A DNA stretch of 59,187 bases from Nemertoderma westbladi (lineage: Eukaryota > Animalia > Xenacoelomorpha). Below are positions 13,229 to 24,600 of the stretch, in pieces (the stretch's first letter is position 1; every line of letters starts with the position of its first letter). Under the pieces are notes generated by a model, which saw only the letters and a program-made list of their open reading frames with translations, searched no databases and had not been told where the DNA came from. The translations under genes were made by a program, and so were the position numbers. The DNA is taken from assembly GCA_032718475.1 (NCBI GenBank), contig JAUCBJ010006530.1, forward strand, positions 1-59,187, written 5' to 3'.

Positions 13229-14080
13229 CTAAATCAAAATCTTCATTTCAACTCGAGAAGCCGGATTCCCTTCAGTAAAAGGAATCCAATAAGGTCCTTT
13301 CACCCACTCCCCACCATATTCTCCGTTCAAGTTACTGTTTGAGCAGCTCCTGTACCACCACGCACCAGTACTATATGTGGCGCAGTTGTTGCCAAACTCG
13401 TCATTATCGCGGTCCTTGGTAGAGAATGGGAGACCGTTTATATGCTCCAATGCGTCACCAGCAGTACCATGGTAACCGGATACATGTAGGGTGTAATTAG
13501 TTGCAGCTGATCCGATAGAGAAGTTCTTGTATTCCGCGTATTTGTGTTTGTTGTTGAACCACAAATCGACTCTCAACTTCACCCCGCCTTCACTCAGCTT
13601 GTGGATCTTCTCCAACCCCAACCAAATATTCGTCTCCGGGTCGCCAAATCCTTCAACATATTCATCCCAGTTACGATAGAAGTCAACTGATCCATCAACT
13701 CTTTGTTGAATCTTTACTCCATCATTATGCTTTAGGATAGGCGCTATCAGCTTATACAGTTTTAACCCTGTAAACTGGTCTTTCAACTCTGTAAACTGGT
13801 TTTTCAACTCTGTATTCTGTTCTTTCAACTCTGTATTCTGTTCTTTCAACTCTGTAAACTGGTCTTTCAAATCTCCAACCTTTTCTTTTAACTCTGTATT
13901 CTGTTCTTTCAAACCTCCAACCTTTTCTTTCAACTCTGTATTCTGTTCTTTCAACTCTGTATTCTGTTCTTTCAACTCTGTAAACTGGTCTTTCAACTCT
14001 GTATTCTGTTCTTTCAACTCTGTAAACTGTTCTTTTATCAGTTCTTCCAACGCAGCAACCTGTTCTTGTATTTGTTGACC
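13229..14080 (-). CDS. Fibrinogen-related protein (FReD; ficolin/tachylectin/angiopoietin-like), terminal exon: heptad coiled coil plus FBG domain
   Basis: IQQRVDGSVDFYRNWDEYVEGFG, WLGLEKIH, FSTKDRDND, NCA..STGAWWYRSCSNSNLNG; 13 heptads of E/DQ(N/F)TELK type; acceptor TTTTTTTAACAG ending at 14081 (phase 0); AATAAA at 13130-13125. Confidence 0.92.
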   Translation of the reverse strand, partial: GQQIQEQVAALEELIKEQFTELKEQNTELKDQFTELKEQNTELKEQNTELKEKVGGLKEQNTELKEKVGDLKDQFTELKEQNTELKEQNTELKNQFTELKDQFTGLKLYKLIAPILKHNDGVKIQQRVDGSVDFYRNWDEYVEGFGDPETNIWLGLEKIHKLSEGGVKLRVDLWFNNKHKYAEYKNFSIGSAATNYTLHVSGYHGTAGDALEHINGLPFSTKDRDNDEFGNNCATYSTGAWWYRSCSNSNLNGEYGGEWVKGPYWIPFTEGNPASRVEMKILI

Positions 14081-14899
14081 CTGTTAAAAAAAATTATTTT
14101 ATTTATATTTTATTTCATGTAAATCATAGGACATAAAAGCACACACTGTAAGTTACAGTATGTGTAATTGTCATCCTTCTCCAGGGGAAAATAACGCAAA
14201 TGATTACTCACAAAAAAAATAAAAGTGTAACCTTTCTATTGATTTTCGTTTATTGTTTTGGTTGGAATACCGTAACGTGCCACTTTAACCTGATCCTTTC
14301 TCTAAATTGGTAATTTAACATTAAACAATTTAACACAAAACATTAATTTCAAACGCTTAAGAACCTTTGAAGGGCCCTTTTAAACGTTTTTAACAATAAG
14401 TTATACACATATACAGTATATATATATAGGCCTACTGTAATACAATAAATTATTGTCAATATATTTTGCAGTTTCGCTATGTCTAATAGATATTTAAGAT
14501 ATTATCATATATAGACTCTCGTGTTGCGCGAAGGCCCACCACAACGTGTAATTAAAAGCCGAGGCCTTATATGTTCATTTCTCTCACACCGCTACTTCTA
14601 CGTAGTTCTGTCAGTTGTACCACTATACACGCATATACTGTATATTAGTGTATTACACACTAATGTTAGAACTGCAGATTAATTAAACAATATTATCAGC
14701 TGTCCAATCATGTACAGTGTCTACGGAGCCCCTAAATGGCAATTAAAAAAAATATCTAGAGCGCTCTCGATAATTCTTGATTTTATTGATTGGACTATTA
14801 CTACTAGGATCGGCATGCTGCATTACTGCTGCGTTATATATATATATTATAAATGCTGTGCCGGCTTGTCGACAAAATTGCACCGCCACAACTCCCTAC

Positions 14900-15512
14900 C
14901 ATACATGTCATTTGCTAGATCATCCTCATTTTCATGTAAGGTGTCCTTTAAGATGCGTCTTAAGAAAGACTGGACTGGGGGGAAGACTTAAGAAAGGGCT
15001 GTCCACCTTGCTTATTCACTCCATGAGGCCGCCAAATCACAAGATAATGCCCTGTTTGGTTCTCACCGCGAAAGCAATGTCCTGCAAAGCGGAGGTGTCT
15101 TTATTCTAGTGTCAAGCTTGGGGGAACCAATGAGACAGCTCCAATGTTATATAGTGTATGAACAGTGAACTCGGCGTAGCATTCTTGTGAAAGTGGCATC
15201 CAAAGATTTGGTTTCCTCAGCAGTTAGAGCCCAGCATGGACTCCCATAGAGGAGTACTGGAACTACTTCTGCTCTAAATATTCGGACATTAATTTTCCGA
15301 TAAATTCTCAGTGGCTTCCAAATCCTGGAAAGCCTATTCAAGGCTGCCCAATCCTTTCCCTTACGTTTTCGGAGGTCCCCACCTGAGTTCCGGATCCATG
15401 ATCTCAGGTAACAGAAGTCGTTCACATGCTCAAGCATACCATCCTTTGAGCTTACGCATAGGATTGATTTGGACTGATTTGGCCGGAAGTTCAAAATGCC
15501 TGATCTCATCAT
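14900..15512 (-). pseudogene. RTE-like LINE 3' fragment
   Basis: LEHVNDFCYL.S, NRLSRIWK, RIFRAEVVPVLLYGSPCWALT, FTRMLRR. Confidence 0.85.
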
Positions 15513-16052
15513 TATCTACACCGTCAGAACGGGAACAGATTTATAATTAATTATTTTAATTTCAATTTTAATTTTCGGCAATAATTAATTAAATTCAATA
15601 TACATATAGGCCTACATATACAAGTAGGTTATAATTAATTATCCTAGATATAAATTAATCAATTATTATTAGCTTCCACGAATGGTGGAAGCTAATAGCT
15701 AAGCTAGTGGTTGCTGCCACCCAGTAAGGAAAAATAATATATTAATGAATACTGATCACAATGTGAGAGGGGTGTGGGGGTGTAAAGGGAAGGGAGGCGG
15801 GGTGGTAATTGAGGGTGGATGTATGGATAGGAACTGGTAAGGGGTCTGATAGCCTGTCATTTATAAATAAATAAAAAAATTAATAAATTAAAAATAAATT
15901 TATTATTATTTTGCAAGGATGTTCATGTATTTACTAATATGTATATTAAATGAACTGCGCGGGTAGTTGATTTAAAGATATGAAGCGAGCGATTGATGAT
16001 ATGAACGTTGGAAGCTGCTGCTACTTTGGAGGCAGGGTTTAGTGGGGCGAGC

Positions 16053-16532
16053 CACGAAGTTGGCGGAGCCTTAGCGAATTGACACTGTTAGGGGGTGGGT
16101 CAATTTATGCAAATAGTTGTCGTCGTCGTTGTCGTCGTCGTTGTCGTCGTCGTTGTCGTCGTCGTCGTTACGATTTTGACATGCTAATAACTTTGTCGGA
16201 TTTAAAGCTGCCAAGTTGAAAATTTGTAGGTATCAATATGAGCAAAAGTTGAGATTTTTGAGAGACTTTCAGACACCATCAGTGCAATGGTCTCCCGCCA
16301 GAGGGCCACATGTCTAAACATTAAATGCCCTCCCATTTCTTTGCTTTTAATCCGTTTAAGCTGAAACTTGGCAGATATGTATTAGACCATTAGCTGTGAC
16401 TTTCAAAGGAGGCGAATCCATCTGCAGTTCTCCAGTCTGCCGCTAGAGGGCCAACGTGACAACGACAACTATTTGCATAAATTGACCCACCCCCTAACAG
16501 TGTCAATTCGCTAAGGCTTCGCCAACTTCGTG
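16053..16532. mobile_element. Inverted-repeat element (~70-bp IRs) with internal (GTC/GTT)n microsatellite; MITE- or DINE-like
   Basis: CACGAAGTTGGCG...GCAAATAGTTGTCGT at 16053-16122 is inverted at ~16462-16532. Confidence 0.7.
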
Positions 16533-16586
16533 CTGCGCGAAGTCCCCACTTCGTGTTATTTATATTTTACATTTTTAGCGGCATTG

Positions 16587-16910
16587 CATGACCCCGCGTT
16601 CGGGTAGTTCTGTATGATATATTCCTAATAATTAGAAAATTAAAAGGTAGGAAATTTGATGGGTGAACAGGAGGGACTGCCTGACCCCGCGCCCGGGTGA
16701 TTCTGAAGAATATATATATTTAAAATATTAAAAAAAAGAACGAAATGGAGGGACTGCGTGGCCCCGCGCCCGGGTAGATCTGTAGTATATATTTAACAAA
16801 AGATAAAAAAAATAAAGGAAGGCGTGACCCGCGCCCAGGTAATTCTGAAGAATATATATATTTGTAATATTAAAAAAAAGAACGAAATGGAGTAGTTAGT
16901 CCGGGTAGTT
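16587..16910. repeat. Degenerate tandem repeat (TGACCCCGCGCCCGGGTAG core, 4-5 copies)
   Basis: Core recurs at ~16588, 16682, 16759 and 16825. Confidence 0.7.
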
Positions 16911-16989
16911 AGTTTAGTGACAGAATGACAATAAAATTAGAAATCAGTAAGTAGTTATGTATATTTCACTATAAACCATTGATTATTAT

Positions 16990-17150
16990 TATTTTTATAG
17001 CGCATCTAAGAAATAGTTTTTTTAGATGCTTTGAAAAATTATTTTTATTTTTTATGTCTCTAATGTTTTTGGGCAAGTCGTTCCAGAGAACAGGACCCAT
17101 ATATTTCACGGAATTCTGAGCCACGAGTAGTCCGGTGGATGGGATAAAGA
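16990..17150 (-). pseudogene. 3' end of a CR1/L2-group LINE ORF2
   Basis: NSVKYMGPVLWNDLPKNIR....NFSKHLK is the typical C-terminal W-N-x-L-P...F-K motif. Confidence 0.7.
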
Positions 17151-18169
17151 AACATCCGGTATTAGAACCAGGATATATCTTTTTACAGAACACAGTAGAA
17201 CACAGCAGAACACAATAGAATACAGGCGGAACATAGGCGAACACAGCTGTAATTAAAATCTACACCAAAAAATAACACACTTGGGAAAGTACCGGATTTA
17301 ATCATACAACTGTAAGATGTCAATTACATATTTAAATTAAATTGCGGTTTTCCATATCCTCCAAAATAAATTACTTCTCATTATCCTGTAACCATGGAGA
17401 GTTGGTTAGTTCTACAGCAGTACAGTACCGGTAGCTGAGTAGGCCTATATCAGTACATTGGTAATATACTCTACACTGTGCCCGGTAATTGCCGGTAAAT
17501 GCCTACATCTGTCTGTCTGTACAATGTACAGTCTGTCAGTCTGTACATGTCTCTACAGCACTAGGCCTACTGCAGTACTGGAACAGGCTGACAGGCAGAC
17601 TGATGGACTAGAAACAGGTACAGGCCTAACCGAACAGCTGATCGGGCAACTCGGATTTAGAACCACGGGTTTTGTGTGAGTGAATTGAGCTCAACTTATT
17701 AAAATATTTTGTAAATATCCCTACTTCTCATCTATGTTCGCTTTTATTTATATGAAATACATCGTGCATAAGCTTACACGTTCGTGGGGCCTTCGCGCAG
17801 CACGAGGCCCAGTTATGAGATACAAATTAAAATTGTGCGACTGTATCACAAAATCAGGTTATGAGAGATTAACCCACACCACCAATTAATCAAAGAAAGG
17901 GGGACAGTACGTGTTCACCCCTTTTAACCTGCACCCCCCCCCCCCCCCCTCCCCCCACCCACCAATACATAACCGCGACATCTACCACCCACGGAAGGGT
18001 AGCACGAACTTATTTCCAAACGCACGTTCAATATGCAAAGCCAGGTGGTTTATAGGAATATAATCAATGCAGTACTCGTCTTCATTATAAGCCTCTTTGC
18101 GTTCGACCTGTTTTGTATTAAAATATATTTATTAAACGCAGGCTGACGCTCTTTATAATAATAATACCT

Positions 18170-18508
18170 AGGGATGCCAGCTTCCAGACTTTCAATCTTT
18201 ACTGCCACGCAAACACCGCAGAGGAAGTTTTGGTTTGAGAGATCAAGCCCATCGGCAATTGGTGTTTCAATTTCGGTCCAGGAACTCTGACAATGGGAGC
18301 ATTCAATCTTAGCTGTGGTCCATTCCCGTGGTTTCGGCTTCCTTTTCTTCGTCCCAATGACAGATTCTTCTGAAGACGTTCGATTCGCTTTCAGTTTATT
18401 GTTGGCGTTTGTGTTTTGAAGTTGTATTCGAGTGGACAGTCGCGCCGGTTTCGAGGTAACCATACCGACCTGTGATAAGCGTTGGTTTTGTTGAGTGCCG
18501 GTATTCAT
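18170..18508 (-). pseudogene. Possible LINE ORF1 N-terminal fragment (partial PHD-like finger followed by coiled coil)
   Basis: IECSHCQSSW...FLCGVC-VAVKIESLE. Confidence 0.45.
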
Positions 18509-18834
18509 CTTCTCTCACCTCTTCAATGTCAGATGTTGCAAATACTGATAACACGAATAACGGTATATATTTCAATACTTGTCAATAGTAATATATATAA
18601 TTTAGATAACTATTTTATATCTGTACTGTTGAGCAAACTCTACATAAATTCCAACCTGTGTATCGCCGGTAGTGCTGTTGCTGCAGTGCTGTGCAAGTGT
18701 GCTGAAGTGCTAGTTGCCACCGGTCAGCCGGTACCGGTAGTAGGGTGGTACCTATGGTGCGCACTACAACGGCAGCACAGCAATACGGTGTACCGTGCCA
18801 ATGACTGAATGATTAGCGGTAACTATCTAAACTA

Positions 18835-19413
18835 TGTTGGGGATACGAGATTACCAATATTAATCTCGGGGGGGGGGGGGGGGACACAAGCCCCAAAGCC
18901 ACAGAGAAAGGTGAGAGGTCAAACCACCTCGGAGGGAAGGCAGCTAATAGAGGCTAGAAACGGAGGGGAAACACTCCCAGGGAGTGCCAAAGTGACAAGT
19001 AGTATGTTAGCCCATAGTTGGGGGGGGGGGGGGGGGGGGGGCACGTGATAGGGAACAGGAAAGCATCCATTGGGTAGAGGGCCAAAGTAGAGTAGGAGGT
19101 AAACCAAAATTCAATGTGTTAATCATATATTATCTTACATTACTGGTTTACCGGTCAGTTGTGTTATTCAGTTCAGTCAGTGTAGACTGCTCATAGTTAA
19201 TGACCGCCACCGCCATACCGGTAACAATTAATCTTTATTTTCTGCTTATTATCTACTGGCGTGCTATTATCATCCATATTAATTAATATCGAGAGACAAT
19301 ATAAACTTTCACTGTTTTTCCCAAACGGCCTCGGCCAAAGCTAGTAGCACGATCCCCAGCAGAACGGTGACGCATACGTTTCTAACCCGGTCGGGATCTC
19401 TGATCCCGTCACA
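18835..19413 (+). mobile_element. Solo-LTR-like sequence related to element A LTR
   Basis: Starts TGTT and ends GATCCCGTCACA, identical to the element A LTR end; shares internal blocks (AACACTCC..GGG.G.GCCAA, GGAAAG.CATC.ATT.GGTAGAG, AATCATAT, TCAGTTCAG). No clear TSD. Confidence 0.65.
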
Positions 19414-20702
19414 TATTAGTTGTTGTTGTAGTATGATAACAATTACTGTATGTATTACGGTTGCTCGATTTCCGTGATTCTGCCCGACTATCTATTAATA
19501 TGGAATTTGGGTTGCTCAAACTTTACTGTACAATTAGCACAATCAATATTAATTTGATTAAGTTGATTTAGTTCGTTTTTATGTGAAGCTTGAGTGACTG
19601 GAGAAACTACAGTGGATGAACATTGGTTTCCTAAAGTTGAGAGAACGAGAGAGACTGTTTCGGGATGAATTTCAAGAAACCGAATTCATATGAGCTGGTT
19701 GTTGTTGCTTCCCGGCGACAAATGTTGAATTTGTCGTAGCTCGGCCGATGGCTTATGGTTTCCCAGCTCGCGGATTGTGAACTCATGCGTCACCGATGCA
19801 CCTCAATTATAATACATACTGTATTATACTGATAGTCGTAAGTCGTTGTTCCATATCATACATTTCCTCTCATTGATCAGATGCGAAATGTAATTTGGAC
19901 GATTTTACGATTCTTTATATTATTTTAATTAAGTAGGCCCCCCTATAGTTAACATTGCAAAACTACAGATTTAACATGACTATAACATGTCTGCTAATTA
20001 GCTAACAACTAACTAAGCCTTCATAAGGCCTTCCTTTGATTGTTAACTAACCATTATTTACAATATAAAAATGTGATATTTCCACGGCATAAAGTTGAGT
20101 AAATTGAGCGTAGTGCTTCCAAGCATCGTCTGGTTGTTATTTTAAGAATGTACAAAGTAAATAGGACAATATGATAATAATATTATCATATTGTCCTATT
20201 TACATTGTATATTTGATTCACCGCGTCACTCGCCCAACAACAATTCACTTATTATTATTTTAAGAATGGTTAATCCAGTTTTTTTTTAAAGTCCCAAAAT
20301 GGCTGCATATGGCCTCCTTTTGTCTAAACGACTATTTCTTGAACAGTTTTGAATTTATTCAGAACAGTTTTGAGTTCAAATTTGTAAACCGGTTCATTTT
20401 ATGTTTACATCCAATGTTATTGAGGAATTTTGACTTAAATTTTGCGAGAAATAGTATCGTTATTCGAGTACATGGTCAATTTCATGCAATCTCATTACGA
20501 TATGTAGAAAAATTTGGGGGGGGGGGGGGGGTTCATGTACTTGAATAACGACACTATATTCCAGGACATGCTGTCATTTGTTTGTCGTTGTTTTGGCCAT
20601 GTTATAGTCTTATTATTAGGTCGGCGTAGTTACACCTCTAGAATTCATTCCGTTGTTTTTGTTAAAGTACCAGTTAGGTTTTAGTAATAAGGTATCATAC
20701 AG

Positions 20703-20765
20703 CACAGTGGCGAAGTTGGTCGTGCGTTGGACTTGGAATCTCTAAGTACCGAGTTCAATTCATCT
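20703..20765 (+). mobile_element. tRNA-derived SINE head (degenerate)
   Basis: A box TGGCGAAGTTGG and B box GAGTTCAATTC with tRNA-like spacing. Confidence 0.4.
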
Positions 20766-20968
20766 AAAGTATCGTGTGGTGAATGTTTTTGGTAGTAAGA
20801 TTGTTAGTAAGCCATTCATTCAAGGAGACACTTCATGCGTTAGTTAGCGCGGACTTTTGAGCGATTTCGCGCTTGTGTAAAAATAACTTTACATAATAAT
20901 ATATTAAATGTTGTACAGTGAGTGATGGTGAATTAAGAATGTTGTGTCCTCTACGGTAGGGACTACCC

Positions 20969-21506
20969 TGTTAGCTTATTCAATCCCGCTAACACCCCAT
21001 AAAGTTAAGCCGATAAGCAATATTGGGAGCCACGAGATTGGGTAATTAACCAACTCGTGCCATCCCAATAAGAATGGGAAGGAAACACACAACAAGGGTC
21101 AGGGGCCAAACCCCTAACCCGGAGAGAACAGGTGGAGTGAACGGGAACACTCCAAAGGGCGCCAACAAGGGTATCAACCAATCAGAGGGGGGAAAGGCAT
21201 CAATTAGGTAGAGTATCAAGGCCAACTGTGCAATATAGCCACTTGGCAGTAATCATATCAGTTCAGTTATCTCAGTGCAATATTAGTGCTAGTTTAGGTT
21301 AGATAGTTTAGCTAGGGAAGGACCGGGACTTTAGTTACCGTACCCCGCCTTCCGTGTACAACAACCTATATCTATATCTTTATACCGATCATTATATACA
21401 ACGAAGGACACAAACTCATTTACTCTTTTCCATTTACTCTTCACACACAGCGGGGACGCGTGAACTAACACCGGATAAACCGGGATCCCTCCTGGATCCC
21501 GTCACA
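20969..21506 (+). repeat. Element A 5' LTR
   Basis: TGTTAGC...CCCGTCACA; about 10 substitutions versus the 3' LTR by eye. Confidence 0.97.
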
Positions 21507-21602
21507 GTAACTAAATCGAGCTGCCGCCCTAGCTAAACTCAGTAATTAAGACCAACTGCCACCCTAGCTCAGCTAAACTCCACCAATCTAGAGGTAAAGA
21601 AG

Positions 21603-24600
21603 ATGAGTCGGTCAGGTGAGACGACACCGACGCGGACCCCGGACGAAGAACTAACGATCCGCGAGGCCGCAACCAGGCGGTACAGGCCCACAACGCCGGA
21701 CCCATCGGTAACGGGTCATCCGGCAGCTGAGGATGAGGGGGGCCGCCTGGAACCTGAGGTCGAGCCGAGAGGAGGAGAGAGCGAGACGGAGGGAGACGGA
21801 GACGAGTCGACACGAGACACGGACGTCGGTACCGATGTCGCGGGCCAGCCACAGGCCGAGGGCGACGGACGGCCCACCGAGACGGCGACGGTGGGGCCGA
21901 CGGTACGACGCCGGACCCGGAGAGACGACGGAGATGTCGATACCGATGTCGCCGGCCAGGCACAGGCCGAGGGCGACGGACGGCCCACCGGAACGGCGAC
22001 GGTGGGGCCGACGGTACGACGTCGAACCCGGAGAGACGGAGGAGAGGTCGGCGACGAGGACGTCGGGGTCTCCTGATCGACTTCGACGGGCCTACAACGC
22101 GACCCGGAGACTACTAGAGGAGGCCAGGAAGGGGAAAACGATAGACGAGGTAAAACTAAAGTCAGGACTAGGTAAGTCGGACAGACATTTATATTATCTA
22201 ATGCGCTTCGGGCAGAGAGAACTAGCCGAGGAGAGAGCAAAAGGGGTTGCCAGCGAACTGTTTGAACTATGGGAATGTGGGAGTATGGAACCTAGCGTAG
22301 CGTCAGTGTACATAGGGCCATACTTGGTCGATGCCCGGGGAGTAAAATTAGTGGGTTGGAGGGGACCTGAAGGGGGCGAATCCGAGGTTAACCCCGAGGA
22401 TTCGGCCTCGTCGGTCGGAGGAAGTTCCGGGAGGCGGGGGAAAGTTAGTAGGATCGGGAAGGCGGAGGGAATCCGTCGTAACCGATAAGTCTGCTACATC
22501 CTCCGTAAAAGAAAGACTGGTGAGAGAGATAGGTGCCGCGTGCCGTCTCGACCTGATAAAGCAAGGCCAGAGGGAAATGGATAAACAGCTAGAGGAGGGG
22601 AGAATGCGGCTAGAGAGGGAAGCGATATTGATTAGAGAAACCGGAGAGAGGGCTGAAAGGGCTTTGAGAGGCCTTAGGGAGTGTGATGAAATAGAGGAAA
22701 GGGAGTGTAGGGAGCGTGAGGCGAGAGAGGAAAAGGAACGCAAGGAGCGTGAGGCGAGACGGGAAAGTGAACGCAAGGAGCGTGAAGCGAGGCGAAGGGA
22801 GAGCGCTAGGAGAGTAGCAGAGTTGGCTGAGCGGGACGCGCGGGAGTGTGAGAGGAGAATGGTAGAAGCTGAGCGAGAGCATAAGGAATTAAAGAGACGC
22901 CAAAGTGAGCTAGCGGAACATAGGATTAGACGCACGCACGAGCTGCAACTGGTGCGGGCGGGGGCGTCTGAGAGCGAGACTGGCTCGAGTATTTTAGGGG
23001 AGCCAGGGGCCGTGGATACATTTATTAATACCCCACTTACAGGGACCGCACGACAGACCCAAAACTGGTGTGACCGTACGGGCGGGGGGGGGGGGGGGGG
23101 TAATAATGATAATGGTACAGTAGACGTGGTTAATATTAATAGTACCGTATGGGATAATTCTAATCAAACCTTTATTGCAGGAAATACTTTGCCTAGTGAT
23201 AGTAATTTAAATTTAAATCAGAACAATCCTAATATTAATGTAGAAAATAATTCTAATATTAATGTAGCTACACAAAATAATCCAAATAATCAAAATAATA
23301 ACCCAAATTCGAACCTACAAAATAATTTAAGTAACGCAATTACACAAAATAATCCAAATAATTTAAATAATGATCCGAGCCCGAATTTACAAAATAATTC
23401 AAATAGTGTAGTTGCGCAAAGTAATTCAAATGATTTTGTTTCGAACGAACAAATTGATTCCGTTTCCAATATGGGTGCTATTAACGTAAACACGTCGGGC
23501 GTGTATAGCCAGGCAGATGAGGGCCTGGTAGGCCAGATAGTTGGTAGGCAGGGAGCAGAGGGCCTGGTAGGCCACGTAGTTGGTAGGCAGGGAGTGGCTG
23601 GGTTGGGTAGACCCGGCGAGGGCCTGGTAGGCCACGTAGTTGGTAGACAGGGAGCAGAGGGCCTGGTAGGCCACGTAGTTGGTAGGCAGGGAGTGGCTGG
23701 GTTGAATAGACCCAGTGAGGGCCTGGTAGGCCACATAGTCGGTAGGCAGGGAGCAGAGGGCCTGGTAGGCCACGCAATAGCAGAGGGAGAGGCGGGGGTG
23801 AATGGACCCGACCGCGATAGGGTTGATGTGTCGACTAGAGAGGGATATAGTACCGTAGTGAGGGATAGCGAAGTTAGATGTGGCGAGTGGGGGGGGGGGG
23901 GGCTACAGGGGCCCCACAACAGCGAGTTAGCGGCGAAAGGGGGGGGGGGGGCAGAGAGTGTCCCACAGCCGTCAGCGGATAATGCGCGGGCCGAAACTAG
24001 GTAAACCGCAACACCCGGTGACGGAGAGCAATAGGGGGATTGCGAGTATCCCCAGCGGCGTGCGACCGAGCAGAGAGAGACAGGTTGACGTCGTGAGGAG
24101 GGCGGACGAAGCGTCGAGCCCGTTCAGAGGAGGGAAGAAGAATAGTGGGGTTTAACCGGGAGGTTGACGTGAGATCTCACGAGCGGGAATACTCCACTGA
24201 AAGGAGAAGAAGAGAAGACAGTAGTAGAGGTATCGCCGCGAACGATAGAAGAGCGAGGACGGATAGCAAGCCGTCGGTAGTCGAGATGAGAACGGAGAGT
24301 CAGTGGGGTCGGACTCCGGGAGATTGCCGTCGCCCCGGAGAGATGCGACCTGGCGGGGCGCACTACGCGCCGAGAGAGGGGTACGCGATGTACCGGTACG
24401 AAGATGAGGACAGTAGAGAGGGGGGTCGAAGAGAAACTTTCCGACGGAATACACCTACCGATCGAGACTACGGTAGCCGCGGGGAGGACTATTCGAGAAG
24501 AATAAACTTCGATCCCGAGCGATACATGCAGACTGTAGGACATACTGTAGGCCTTACTGCACATACCATAGGCCATACTGAGAGAGGCAATATAGGCGAT

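Noticed and set aside
20703-20765. Functional tRNA gene
   Set aside because: A/B boxes are present, but acceptor and T stems do not pair.
22430-23950. Programmed ribosomal frameshifts in element A gag
   Set aside because: Frame changes fall at or near G homopolymers, which are long and frequent across the window; slippage or assembly error cannot be excluded.
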